A stretch of DNA of 64,000 nucleotides from Haplodiscus bocki. Lineage: Eukaryota. A program made the translations under genes and the position numbers. Each line of letters opens with the position of its first letter. Within the stretch, counting starts at the first letter, position 1. Location of the stretch: positions 35,278,001 to 35,342,000 of the forward strand of contig OZ296659.1 in assembly GCA_965655095.1 (NCBI GenBank), given 5' to 3'. Positions 1 through 12,922 of the stretch are shown here, piece after piece. The notes under the pieces are model-generated. The model did no database searches and was not told where the DNA came from. It was given only the letters and a program-made list of their open reading frames with translations.

Positions 1-2139
1 TATTTGCGAGTCTCCTTGAATGGCTTTGATTGTTTATCGTCTGCGCAAGGTCGCGACATTCTGACAAACAAAGTTCTTTCAGTTCATTTGGCTTTGTTTC
101 AGGCGCAGGAAAATGATGATTTGGGATTAGATATCAGATCAGATGAAACGCAAGAAAGGCGTTTGCAGGGACATGGGTGTAGGGACTTTGATGATCAATT
201 TGAGATGCAGAATGACGAACAAAGTCCAAGAATGCCCATTTTTGTAGCCGGTTTGTTTCATGATTTTCATACCAGCAAAAATATTTCTTTTAGATTTTGT
301 TTAGGTGAAGGAAATCAAAAAATAGGCGAATAAGTTGTAACTTGCTCGTCAGAAGATGTATGTAGTTGTCGAAACTAAGAAAAGAAGCTACTGGAAAACA
401 GCTCGCTCTTGATACGATCTATTAACTTGAAAACTTTGTAGGGGTGGGAGTATTGTAAAACAACGTCGATTGCTGTCTTCTTTCGTTTCATTGTGTTACT
501 ACACTCTGGTGAACCTAATAAATGGAAGTGTCCCGGTTAGTGTCTAAGCGTTAAAATCGGCAAACCCATCTAATTAGAACCCCTTTTAATAAAATTTCGG
601 CATCTTTAAAAACGGACGAGTGCAAAGAAATGAACTAAATTTTTGCCAAGCAGTCCTCTTCGGCTCCGGTAAATGCAAATTCATTATGAAAAACTTTTTC
701 TGAAATGAAAACGCTGTCTAATTTAACGTGTGGTCACAGTTTTGAGTGTTATTACTCGTCGGCGTATTCTTTTTATTTTCCGCCATATTTATGTTATCCA
801 GGAACATCTGTCTCGCCGCGAGCGCTTTTTACGTCTATTTGCCGCTAGAACGATTCCGGCAAAATTACACGGTTTGGGAAATTTTTCATCAATGTTGCCA
901 CCAAAGGCTTGAAAAACTCTAAAATCTGAACGTTTCTCGTGTTTAGCGAATTACTTCAAAAGTTTATTTTGGATCGAAATATTGCACAAAGGTAGCCTTC
1001 TCGGGTACCTCCAGTGAAACAATCCATTTGCGTAATGTTTGTGATCTTGCCCTGAATGATAACTTGAAAGTACCTTTTTCCACCTATAGTACAAAGCCCA
1101 ACATTGAAGTGCTCCAAAATCTCCCGAACAAGAGCTAACGGACGAAGCTGCGGTCTCTGGGAATCTTTTAAGCCCCTCAACACTCAAAAGCAATTTGAGC
1201 CCAATCGGAGGCAAAAAAGTCCTCATCTGGCCCTACGGCGCTTTTTTCAGAAGTTCGTTTTTTTGCTAAGTTTGGGATGAATCTCAGTCAATTTTACTGT
1301 CAGTTTGATGCAATATTTTTTTCTCAAAGCTTTAATAAGATCATCGGTGCTTGAAAGTTTTTTAATATTTGTCTTGTTGAATCATTTGAACTCTTTTTTG
1401 ATAGTTTGCATCGAAGGAATTTGCAAATTTCTTGAGGTTTTTTCTACTAGTTTCCGTTTTACGGCATGATTTCCTGTTCCAGAACCTTTTAGCCTTTTCA
1501 AACCATTGTTCAAGCCGCACCCGCACAAAGCAGGTGTTTTGGCATCGTATGTTGTTTTTAATCTTTGAAACCACTTCTTCATTTAATGTTCAATGATTTT
1601 GATTTTAGTTTATTTTGATTTCTTAAATGTCATCCATGATTGTTCATCTCGAGGTATTTTACACCCACTTACATATTTGTGGCCGCATATGACCAATTGT
1701 AGTCCTGTACGCCACCAATCCGCTCTTTATTCACGGACTATAACTTGAAAATTCTATTGATGTTGTTTGTTTGTTATTTAGACAATGTGTTCTAATAGTT
1801 ACTTAGACCGGTCGGAATAGACGCTAGAAATCAGATTGTTTTGAATTGGAGATTTTAATTTTCGTTTCTTCATAGTCGAGCGCTAAAGGTAGATCTTAAT
1901 CGAAGACGGGACTGTTATCGCAGTTCTGCCTGCTCGAAGAAGAACTTAAATCTAGGACTTTCTGAACTTTGGAAAATCTTGACTTGAGTTCAATTCAAAG
2001 ATGCGTGTATCAAACTGTTTTTATCTCTGCTTCATTAGTGGAAAGCTGAGAGAACCAGAGACTGGTATAAGCCTAAATCAGTTTTTTGGGATATCAGCCA
2101 GATGTTACAAACAAAGTTTTGCAGTTTTAAAAATGCAAA

Positions 2140-2440
2140 GGAAGTTGTGGACTATCCCAAATACGTACGAAATTTTGGTTTTTGTTAAAAGGTAAATTCT
2201 CAAAATTGATAGAAGGTGGCAAATTTGATGTAAAATGTGTGAAATGATTTTTCCTCTTAAAAATGGGGTTTCCACATAAATTGAAGGTTTTTTTGTGGAA
2301 AGGAAAATAGTTTTTGATTCAAGAAAATTTATCAAAATTTGCTGAAGCTGGAATTTTTCGAAGAAAAAACTTTTTCATCCTTCTAAAACGAATCATTAGC
2401 AACATTGGACGGCGGAAAATATGCCGGCGGTAGCCGTTCG
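2140..2440 (-). repeat. Dispersed interspersed repeat, copy 1 (inverted relative to copies at 7.1 and 12 kb)
   Basis: The reverse complement of ttggacggcggaaaatatgccggcggtag (2405) matches ctaccggcatattttgcgccttcccaa (about 7115) and tttccgccgtccaa (about 12396). An internal cattcta..gcaaatttgc motif is shared. Confidence 0.6.
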
Positions 2441-3463
2441 TCTTGTTTTATGACGCACTCCTTTTTAGACCCCACCTATCATTGTCCGAGATGTTTCTAT
2501 TGCACCCCCATACTTTTTGCTCCCCTTGTAATTCAGCTTACCAGAGTACTTTTTCAAAAAAAATCAGGGGTATGTGGAAGAATAAAATCTCTTGGAACTA
2601 AAGTGCGGTGGTCGACTTTTCAAAAAAATTAGGTGTGGTTATCGACATTTTGAGAATTTTTGGTCTTTGCCTTTGCGAACATTTTTTTGCTGCTGCTGTT
2701 TATTGTTATCTGGGAGGCTTTTTCGTGCGCTGTTCAGTTTTAGATGATACCAGCTTTCAAGCTCTACAATTTTTCTTAAAAGAAGAAATTTGAATACCGT
2801 GCGAGCTTTTGCGTCATAAAAACTAAGTACTCTAATAGTCGTGCTTTCCAGTAACATCACTAAAGCGCGAACTAAAAGATGATCATCAACATTCATCAAA
2901 ACTTGCAAGTGTATAATGAGCTGTCTCGCATATTTTAGCTGCGTTTTGAGTTGCTGAGGAATTAGGAAAATTGTTGAGCAAATCAAATTTCAACTAAAAA
3001 GTCAATTAAGCGGTCAGAAAGTTAGAGCCAAAAAATCGAGGAAATCACTCCTTAACTAGTTGTTCACATGTGAGCTCCCTGACTCACACTGTAAACCTGC
3101 TAGCATAAAGGAGCCATGAGACCGTACAGCGGAATAGACACATGAGGTACATGAACTTCTAGATCTAACTTGAAGTCATGCAGATTGGAGCAACAGACAA
3201 ACAACAATCATGACTTAATGCGAAAGATCAAAACTTAATGGTTGAAAAAGAGGAGTATTCTTTTTTTTCGTTTTTTAGGGGACGGGGGCTCTTTCAGTGC
3301 AGCAAGAGTATATCGAAATTTGATGTAGCTTAAACCCAATGAACAGCGACATTTTCAGTCTTCAGCAGCTTGTATAGAGTTTCTGCGGAGATGCATTTTG
3401 TTTTTTTTTGGGTCGAGTGTTTGCTCTTTTTTGTGACACTAATGAATAATTAGAATATTTTAG

Positions 3464-3661
3464 GAAGATCTCCCCGTTATGTGAACCAATCACCACGTAA
3501 AGGTGACCCTGGAACTCTAATATATGAAAGTTCGACGTCGCCTAACGTGTCTCCGAGGGTGAAACTAACAGGAGGCTCTTTTGGTGCAGCCATGGGAGCT
3601 GCTACTGCAACTTCTGGTGCTTCGCAATCTCAAAACGCTAATATTACCATTGGGTCACCAG
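3464..3661 (+). CDS. TCP11L1: TCP11-like protein, internal exon (Ser/Pro-rich N-terminal region)
   Basis: Acceptor tttag|GAAG and donor CCAG|gttaga. The frame RSPRYVNQSPRKGDPG...NITIGSPG is open, and the phase-1 junction splices in frame to the 4119 exon. The low-complexity sequence is not itself diagnostic. Confidence 0.65.
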
Positions 3662-3845
3662 GTTAGAATGTCACAAATTGGTTATTTTGGATTATATCCC
3701 GCTGATTGAGAGGTCATGTGTTTTATCATCATCACAAGTTGGGTTCATCTCAAGCCAGCTCTTGGACATGGTCTGAAGTTTGAAAATTGGCGGTTTTTAA
3801 TTTTTGAAATGCGTCTGAAAGTATTCCATGATTACAATTATGAGA

Positions 3846-4036
3846 AATTTCTTAAAATGCAACATATCCATTAAATTTTTATCGTCATTCAATCCATGAT
3901 TACCGATCTACAAGACCATTTTACAAGACAATTTGGCATGTAGTTTCTTGTGAACCCTTTTATGCTAAATGTAGATCGGTAATCATGGATTGAATGACGA
4001 TAAAAATTTAATGGATATGTTGTATTTTAGGAAATT
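3846..4036. repeat. Long inverted repeat/hairpin (53-bp perfect arms 3860-3912 and 3970-4022, 57-nt loop); MITE-like
   Basis: caacatatcc...ccgatctaca is the exact reverse complement of tgtagatcgg...ggatatgttg. The stem extends about 14 bp outward with 2 mismatches. Confidence 0.92.
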
Positions 4037-4118
4037 ATAATTTCCACTGAGTGGTCTCAATTATATCTCATTGCAATACATGTATGATCTTTTTCGTTCA
4101 TTTCATTCTCTTGTTTAG

Positions 4119-4308
4119 GCAAAAATGTGCTCATGTCTCCTCTGAGGTTTGGCCATTCCCCCATGAGCATGTCACCTCCAGGGGCTTCCATGATATCCCT
4201 GGAGGAGTTGAAACAAGTGGCAGAGACTGCAGCGAATTACAAACTGGTGCATGAAATATCAACAGAACCTGACTTCAAACTGTCCCCACGCACTGTGGAC
4301 CCTAACAG
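4119..4308 (+). CDS. TCP11L1: TCP11-like protein, exon
   Basis: gtttag|GC...AACAG|gttact. SPPGASMISLEELKQVAETAANYKLVHEISTEPDFKL resembles the TCP11L motif SPP..V.VEEL.ETA..V.N..LAHEI....DF. Confidence 0.9.
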
Positions 4309-5509
4309 GTTACTGGCGTTCTCTGAGTACCCTGTACTATTTGAAGTTTTTGGAACAAGCTTTTCTAGTTGATCTGTTGTGGAACCTGTCCGGTATAGTA
4401 CAGATAACATAGGTGGAACTCTCGAGATTGTTAGTTTTTCGATTGAGACAAGAATTTGAATTCGTCCTGTTTATTTAGCTCTGCGTGATTGCATCGAAGC
4501 AGCTCAATTCAATTACGTGTGAATCATTGTCAGTCGGCGAGTTATTTGAGTTACGAGGTCGACTATTATTACTTATTTTTTTGTTAGGCAGCAGGTTCAT
4601 TTGGAATCGACCTACTTATAGAGTTGCTCAAATTAATATTGAAATCCGAGGTACTGATGCTACAAAATTTTGTGATACCCCTCCTTTCCATATGCCAAGA
4701 AGTTATCGGAAAAAAGGTAAACAGCGTTTATTTTAAATATAGCTGTTACAGAAGCGATTTTTCCTTTGAATATTTTCCTTCGTAAAGTTCTACATGTTTG
4801 TGTGCGGGTACATGTATGAAGTCGTACAGACATGTAAACATGTACATGTTGTCTGCAGAGCTCCCGCTAACGTAGGTCGAGATCACCCCTGAATTCTTAT
4901 GTTCTCTGGGAGGTCTCTTCTGGTCTCTAGGTGTAATTTGTATTTGGTATTGTTGAATGTGTTTTTTATCAGCCATATAAATTCAAATTATTATTATATT
5001 ATTATTATGACGCCGCAGCAAAAGTGAAGAAAAAATAGAGGGCGCTCATGAATAGAAGTCGCATCAGAATTGAATCACACCATTGCTCTCCTCTTTGTCT
5101 GGGATTAATTGTGGGAAATATCCGATAAAGTATTCAACGAAGAATCAAAAATTTTACACAGACGAACTTACAAATGAATTGTTGCTTTTGCTGGATCGAT
5201 AAAATAGCAGCAAAACGATAGCTCGCATATCAACGATGTGTGAACCATTGCAAAATAAGGACTTGATAACGCGACGTCACGGCAGCAATTCTTTTCATTT
5301 CGGTACCACGACACGCCCTTCTTTGTTTCCGAAAGGTTTCTCGCAGAGAGACTAAAATTTTTCGTGATGTCTCTGACCCCTTGCATATTTCAATAATTAT
5401 TCGAATACCATTTTTTTTGCATTCAATTATTAAAATTTTTTACACATTCTGACTGACAGAATGTGCATTGGAAACCGGCTTAAACATAGTTTTTATCCTG
5501 TTCAAATTT

Positions 5510-6670
5510 GCAAAATGTGACGCCATCAGAGAATTTAGTCATCTAGTGAATTGGTCGAGAACGGTCTCTTTTTGGCATGTATTTGTTCATTTTCGTGTTG
5601 CTTACATTGAAAATCTCAGGAACATTCATTGGGTGGCAGAATAGCGTAACCTGAAAAACATGACTGAAACATTAATGTGAGCGGTGTATTAGGTGCTCCC
5701 AAAAAACGCTACATGCAAACATTTTGAGCTCTCAAAATGCTTAATATTAGGAAAAAAATACCGGAACTTCTTAAAAATCGACACATGCCGCCTCTCAATC
5801 ATCAAAATTGACACTAAATCTCACATTGAAATTGGCCATTTCAGGTTTACATTATGAGAATCGCTTCCACTTATTCGATCGAAATTATGCATTTTTTATG
5901 TTTTACTGAAGTCACAAGTCCTCGTAATTGATAAATCAGATAAGAATTTTTTAAAGCTTTTCTGACATCTTGTTGATTAATATTAACGATTTGGAGAGCT
6001 CCAAATTTTTGCCATGCAGCGCTTTTTGAGACACCTAGTTTTCATTTTTGCGTTGTTTACTGTGTAAATCTTCTAAACATTGGGCTGCATATTGGGCTGG
6101 GAATCTATAAATGCATTATTGGCAGATCAACTTTTCGAGTATTGACGCTGTGACCGCTATTTTTCAACTTGACTTTTTCGAACAACCTGATAATCATCTG
6201 CTTCTGTCTGTCTAAAAGTGTCAATCTTGAATTTGATCAAGGCTCAGATGTCTCAAGACCTTGATGTGTAAATTTTTTCTCTGATCTCACTTGACAAGTC
6301 AGAATGCATTGCAAAGTTCCGCTTCGCCTCTCTGTAAATTAGTATGAAACGCACCGAAAAATCTCCCTGAGGAACTTTTTGGCATTGAGACAAAAAAATG
6401 GGACAAGTGTCTGAGCACCTCCGCCCTTTTTTACCCAATCTGACTGAAAGGAGGAATGCATATTGAAACGGGGTTAAGGTTCGTTTTTAATCCTGACCAA
6501 AGATTGCATTTTTTGACGTCATCAGAGAGTGTAGTCATCTACTAATGCAAATGGCCGGAAACTGCTCTTTTGGTAGGTATTTGTTCATTTTCGCGTTGTT
6601 TACTTGCAAACTTCTGTCATTGGTCAACAAAATGGCGTAACATAGAACAACTTGATTCAAATATCAAATT
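5510..6670 (+). repeat. Diverged direct repeats (about 5510-5680 and 6505-6670, partial copy about 6040)
   Basis: Shared tgacg.catcagaga.t.tagtcatcta...tatttgttcattttcg.gttg.ttac. Confidence 0.6.
5692..6035. mobile_element. MITE with about 60-bp imperfect TIRs and TA flanks (Tc1/mariner-type non-autonomous element)
   Basis: Left end TA|ggtgctcccaaaaaacgctacatgcaaacattttgagctctc. Right-end reverse complement TA|ggtgtctcaaaaagcgctgcatggcaaaaatttggagctctc. Confidence 0.7.
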
Positions 6671-7099
6671 TTTGAGTACGAGACCCTGTGAGAGGTACTT
6701 GGTTCGTTTTTCCGTCATTAATCTTTTAAACCGTGGTTTGTAAAATGACATAACATAAAAAGACGTGAATGACAGATCAAATGTTCAAGTATGAGACACT
6801 ATGGCAGGTACCAGTCTCAACTCGACTTTTGATTGACAGCTGGTGTAGTAATTTGAAAGTATCAGTCACTTCCCTGATCATGGTTTCAATTATTTTCAGG
6901 ATCTTTGATAGCTGCTCATAAGTCAGAATGTGTTGAGAAGTTCTGCTTCGTCTCTTCAATTTTTTTTCCGAGGAGCCTAAACTTTCAAGCATATCAAACT
7001 GTTAACCCTATGAATTTTCGAGCTTTACGAACAGGCCGGACTTTTGCCGCTATCAGCTTTGTTGCTACTCTGCCATTAGATTTTTGAGGCGAAAGCTGA

Positions 7100-7610
7100 C
7101 TAGACGGCCGACTACTACCGGCATATTTTGCGCCTTCCCAATTTGCTAAAGATGCAATTTTAAAAGACTAAAACGTTTCTTCCTCGAAAAAAGCACTTCA
7201 TCATATTTTCTAATTTTTCCAACGTTCAAAGTTTTCTGATTTTCTGCCGAAAAACCTCCGAATGAGGGCGGAAAAGATATTTTTAGGAAATATTACCATA
7301 TGATACGCATTCTACAGCAAATTTACTACCCATAGCGATTTTTAAAAAATACAAAATTTTCGAAAAACCCATCTATTTTTTAAGAAAAGCCCCAAATTTT
7401 GAACGTTTTGAGAAATCTTACTATTTCAGTCGCATTCTGCGGTAAGTTTGCTACAATTTGATGGAAAAAAATTGACATTCAGACACGTAATCAACCGATG
7501 TTGGCTCGTTTACGCGAGCTCAATTGGCAATCATGGGGTGAAAAACGCACCTAATTGAGAGGAAGATTTTGCTTTCCATATTTTCAATATGGCGCAAAAT
7601 GAACTTAAGG
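7100..7610 (+). repeat. Dispersed interspersed repeat, copy 2
   Basis: Shares ttactatttcagtcgcattct...aatttgcta...ttgatgg with 12220-12270, and shares the terminal motif with 2405-2435 (inverted). Confidence 0.65.
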
Positions 7611-8873
7611 GCTGGAGATTTTACTTTTTTTCCTGACCTCGCAAATCGATTTCATGATCGGCGGGCTGACCGCGAAATAATTCCAACTTATTTATTTTCA
7701 TGCATTTGCTTTAATTACTGTCGATTCGATAAAATAACTTATTTCGCTGCTAAGTGAGTGGAGAACTCAATGAAAGTGCGGAAGTAAAGTTATTCAATTC
7801 CTTTTTTAGCTATTTAAGTCACTATTCACTCTTCATTTTCAAGTACGCGCAGTTATTGATTCAAATATTGTCAAAATAGTCAATGTAATTTGCATCTTAT
7901 TTCCTGCTTTTTCAAAATTATCATTTTTTGCAAACTTGGCTTAATTCTGATTTTTCCTATACTTAAGTTTTAGCGCTTGATGCCCAGCATACTTGATGCA
8001 CATGTTTTAATTTTCAATACCTGGATTCACCTGGTCCATGCGATTAAAAAAAAATAAGCCCGGAACGCTCAAATTGGCGCTGCCTGCATGGAACAAAATA
8101 TATAAGGTATCATAAAATTGAGAGGAGTGGACGTTGAAAAATTTCTTCAATTTCTCGCCAAAAAAATTGGACGTACCTTGTCTGGAACCCGTATCCTATG
8201 GCTCAAAAAACTTTCACACCTACCCTTTAGGCCACGGGGCTTCTAAATTACCGGCATTTTGGGTTGGTCATAAAATTTTTCCAAAACGTTTTGTACCTTT
8301 TATGCATTGAATAAAAACGAGTCACTGCTAGAGTCGGCTTTTTACAAAGTAAAGCGCCGACTAAAAATAGCAAAAATATCTATAACTTGCAACGTCTTTT
8401 TCAGTTGCATTTATTTTCGGTCTTCGTCCTAAACTTAGACTCTCCAACGTCTAATTTCATTTTTCTAAATGGGAATGATAAAACTGTGACTGGCACTGAC
8501 TCCGTGTTATTCGATTTTCGAATACAACATACGGACTTGAATGCATCTTCTAGCAGTTGAAAGTTCATTGGTTATTCATAAAGAAACAAGTTAGCGATCC
8601 AATTATTAAATGTAATAAATATCATTAGCATAAAAAACGCATGTAAAATCTTCTATCAAGAACGAGAGTAAACGTATTGATGGAAAAATGACGATTATTC
8701 TAATTTTAACGATTAATGAAATATTAATCACAGAATAAATTTCAAAATTTTCCTTCTAGCAATTGGTGAAACTCCATGTATCCAAGTTTGGGATGGCTAG
8801 AACGTTTCTGAAGTACATCATGAATGCATCGGGGACTTTCAAAAAATAATTCTTTTTGAGATTGCAATGATTG

Positions 8874-9241
8874 CCGTATTTCTTCGATTACAAATCGCCC
8901 TCGAATAGAAACCGCCCTCGATTAGAAGCCCCACATATTTTCGTTCAAGTTAAACTCAACTGTTTCAAATTATCAAATATTTAAAATGTTTTGTGGTAGT
9001 ATACAAATACAAAAAATACAAAACAGTCTTCACAAATTTCGAACGCAAAAACATCATCAATTTCAATGCTTCTTTTCTCGGAGTTATATGCGGTCATGAT
9101 CTCAAATCAGATAAATGGAAACGATTCAAGCGACAGAATAATGATATGACCAAAGTGAAATGGAAGCCGCCCTCGACTAGAAGCCGCGCCAAATTATTGA
9201 AGTTTCTATACAAGCCGCAGTTTGTAATCGATGAAATACGC
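8874..9241. mobile_element. Tc2/pogo-type MITE
   Basis: TIRs ccgtatttcttcgattacaaa and tttgtaatcgatgaaatacg(c), followed by TA. Repeated subterminal gaagccgccctcga motifs. CCGTATTT ends are typical of Tc2-group elements. Confidence 0.7.
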
Positions 9242-10043
9242 TATAATGCAATTACGTATTTTTACTGGAGGGGTGAAAAACAGAAATTATTGCAATAATG
9301 CAGTGCGAAGGACTTCGAATTACAATCATTTTTTTCTACAACGTAATATAAATTGTTTATTATGACCTCACAATTTATTTCATTACTGTTTCGAGTATCT
9401 TGATTATCAGTTTATTGTACACGCTATAAATTATATGAAAAAAATAAAACGATGTTAGGCTGATTATTATATACGATTATATGGTAAACTCAAGATATAC
9501 GAGGTTTACACGAAGTTCGGTAGAGTCTTTAACAAAATAAAACAAATGTATTAAAACAGTAGATAGTTGCTCTTTTTGAGTGAGTTGGAAGTTTCGAATT
9601 TACTCAAAATTAATGATTTTTAAAGGAATTTTTTGTGAAATGATTATACGTTGAAGCGATTGCTGAACTATACGATTACGTGTTACATGGAAAAGTAGTA
9701 TTCACCTATACAATGCTGATTATGAACAAAAAATCCCTCCAGAGAGTGAAAGATGAGTCAATTGGCATAACTTACCTTGCTTGTTTATTGGTGGATGTAG
9801 GTTAAAACTACCTCCTCAGAAAACGTATGCGAAAAGCAGAAAAATCAGTTCACGCACTTGAGGTGGGAAGAAGAAAATTCAAATAAATTGGGCTGGAGTA
9901 ATGAGGATCATTATATGAGTGCATAATTTGAAAATCATTCCGGCGCAACGCTATAATAGCGAAAGTCGAAGTCCAACAGTAGCCAAAACGTCTGTAAAAA
10001 CTTAGGCTACAATGTAGAGAATTCTTAAATGCAAGTTTAATCG

Positions 10044-11010
10044 CTAGTATTTCAAAACCGGGCCATCATTGGCTTCCATTATTGCCTGTAAGCGCTTGGG
10101 AAATGACTAAATGAGCATCTGTACGAGGGAGATGTCTAGTGAATCCAAGTTGCATGGCTTGTTTAAGTCCCACGATATTGTTTTAACTTATCCAACATCG
10201 TAAATTCCATTAACAAATACTCCCCTTAAATGTTCTCCGAGTTTGCAATCTGGTGAATGAGAAGCTCAAACCAGAAGTGGTTTTTCTGTCTCCTGGAAGA
10301 AACGCACACTATCTCGGAAAACATGGGGTGTTGCATTATCTTGCTTCAGCACAAAGCTTGCTCTGTGAAATGGAACTTAGAAGGTCCGAATTACTTGTGG
10401 GTTGCATTGGATGTCACGTTCTGTTCAAAGAAATGTAAATTAGTTGTACCATCATAACCGAATACCATACCATGACACGTTTCGAGAAAAATTTCTATAC
10501 CGTTGAAGTGTTTGGTGCGCACCTTCATGGACTGCAATGGTCCAGTCCATCTAGCAAAAAAGTCTTTCATCTTAATATGTTTTTTTAATATCGGCGCTAG
10601 CAAATTTTTTTCCTCATTTCTTTCGCGCATGTGGGACACTTTATTTTGGCTGAAGTTGATAGGCTGGGAGCTTTGAGTAGTTTCGTGTAATTAGATCCTT
10701 CACTCTTGAGAAAGTTGCGCGCTGTGTCTTGCGACCAACCGAGCCCAATCTGAGGCAGTAATTTTCCAATAAGAGGCGTGTTCTCTGCAGACGTCGATCG
10801 CACGATTTACCGCTCGTCAAGTTTGTCCAATTTCTGCCTTGGACCTCCACCGCGTTTGTAATTGCCATTTCGACCCAAGTTTTTGATTGAATTATAACAT
10901 CGTCCTGTTTTCGAAGCAATATCAGAAATTGTCTGGCAACCTTCATTCATGAAGTCCCAGAATACGTCCTTGATCGTCCTCAGACAATTTTTTTGGGTTT
11001 GACTTTTGTA
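10044..11010 (-). pseudogene. Degenerate Tc1/Tc3-like DD34E transposase
   Basis: Across frameshifts: HTH-like N-terminus ISDIASKTGRCYNSI...KLDER; DERLF.LDGLD (cf. DEKKFNLDGPD); MVFG..YDGTTNLHF; LKQDNATPHV; PLLV*ASHSPDCKLGEHLRG (cf. WPARSPDLNPIENLWG); C-terminus PKRLQAIMEANDGPVLKY*. Confidence 0.85.
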
Positions 11011-11768
11011 CTCACCGAAGAAAGTTACACAACTGTCCGACCTCACGGGTACTCTGCAATGTCTCCAATCTTCAAACAGCTCAAAAACTTTCAACGCATC
11101 CAAACAGCAACGTGTATTTTCATCGGGCTAACATTCTTTTCATTTTTTTTCTCCTTTATCGTGAAACGATAGTTCGAATTCAAATTTCAACTTTTGCAGA
11201 AGGAATAGATTTTTATTTAGTGTCCAAATGCTGACATGAACTTTTCTGCTGATGCAAACTCGGTAGTCGAAATTGACATTTCGAAAGCTTTTGCTTCAGT
11301 CAAAAAAACCTTGAAAGGGCGGAAACGGAAACCTTGAAATCTTTCTACGGTGAATTCAAAAATATTCAGTTTTCGACTGAATGAAATGGAAAAGGAAATC
11401 AAAACAACTGGCTGTTAACGAGTAATTTTTGATGGGGTTAATCTGCTCAAAGAAGCGTTTAACGGAAGAAAGGAAGAAGTGATGCGTGAATGCGGCGTAA
11501 TAGAACTAAGGTGGAAAGAAAGTTTTGGCATGCATTTAAACCATTTTTCTTTGTAGGGGAAGTAAATTTTGCCGATCTCCTGTCAAAGTTTTACCGTGAA
11601 ATTTGTTTGGAATTTCATCCTTTTTTCACGGAAAACCTACTGGTCATATAATGTCTTTCTGAGGACAACTGTTTCAGAAATACTTACTTTTGTCTAGAAT
11701 TAAACGCTAGGTGTTGCTGTCCACATACATTTCAGTCAGAGTGTGTATTTTCCTCCCTTTCTTTTCAG

Positions 11769-11889
11769 TTTGGAGGGGCGAATAAAAGAAGTGATGGAAC
11801 GTGCATTCTGGGATGTGTTGAGAGATGATTTGGAACAAGATCCACCCAATTATGATCACGCCCTCAATTTGTTGCAAGAAATTCGACAA
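11769..11889 (+). CDS. TCP11L1: TCP11-like protein, exon (not in the ORF track)
   Basis: cttttcag|T...CAA|gtatga. Translates (S)LEGRIKEVMERAFWDVLRDDLEQDPPNYDHALNLLQEIRQ, the hallmark TCP11 AFWD...DPP.YDHA motif. Phases 2 and 0 fit both neighbours. Confidence 0.95.
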
Positions 11890-11929
11890 GTATGAAACCT
11901 ACTAATTTAGTTCTCAATGGATGTTAGAC

Positions 11930-12410
11930 AACACGCCTGGATACCAACGGGATTTTTTCCGCCTATTAGTTTTAATTTTTCCGAAAAGTTACCCTTCTAT
12001 GTCTTCGGCATTAATTTTTACACCTATATTCTCCTGATTTTTCAAAGTTTTCATTTTTTCAAAAATTGCCAAATTTCCACGAATGAATTTTTTTAAAGGT
12101 GTGTTACTATTTTATTCGAATCGATCAGCAAATTCGCCACCTTTTCCATTTCAAAAAATGTCCAGTTTTTTCAAACAAAAATTTCTTAATAATCCGAATT
12201 TTTCTTCGTATTTGAGGAATGTTACTATTTCAGTCGCATTCTACGCTAAATTTGCTATTTTTGATGGTGAGAAAAAATCAAAGTCAGAAAGTGCACGATT
12301 ATCGATTTTGGTACAATTGGCAAGTAAACACCAAAAAGCGCAAGCCTTGAGTGCATGATTTCTTTCCATAAGAGGGCGGGCAAACTCCGGGATAGTTTCC
12401 GCCGTCCAAA
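11930..12410 (+). repeat. Dispersed interspersed repeat, copy 3
   Basis: Same internal and terminal motifs as the 7.1-kb copy. Confidence 0.6.
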
Positions 12411-12922
12411 TTAAGGAAACGTTAATAATCCGTGATTAAAAAACTTGCATTGAAACTCAAAAATGTAAAGTGTATCATGCCATTGGCAGATGTGTAGTAA
12501 AGAAAACCTGAATGTTGACTGAAAGATTTTCATTCCATATGTGAAATATGGGCGAAAAATGAAAATACCAAACGGATATTGTCAGTCTTTCAATGTTTAT
12601 GACATTACAGTAAATACTTCTAACGGTGCATCTTTAATGATTTAATAAAAAGATTTTGGAGGAAGAATGACTGTCTTTTATACTGCTCCGAAGCTCCGCA
12701 GTTTTTTGTTTACAAACCAAGCAATTCATGATACAAGTAAACTCATAGAGCTGAAGAAAAGGAACGGTTATTGAAATGGTCTAAGGATTCAGAAGTTTTA
12801 CCGGGTTTTTAGCTGCAAACATTGACTACATACATATGTATATTCATAACGTATATTCTTCTCATAAATTTCATTGTTTTCAGGAACCAAAAGAATAACC
12901 AAAGTTTTCTGTTGTATTGCAG

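Noticed and set aside
4-333. 109-aa plus-strand ORF, or a LINE RT fragment on the minus strand (PAPETKPNELKELC...LAQTINN)
   Set aside because: No recognisable domain on +. The minus-strand resemblance is too short and weak to call.
3110-3160. Start exon of the TCP11-like gene (gccATGAGA...GAG|gtac)
   Set aside because: The ATG frame hits TGA before the donor, and the alternative ATG gives the wrong phase for the 3464 exon.
8993-9298. 101-aa ORF
   Set aside because: It lies within and across the end of a Tc2-type MITE and has no transposase motifs.
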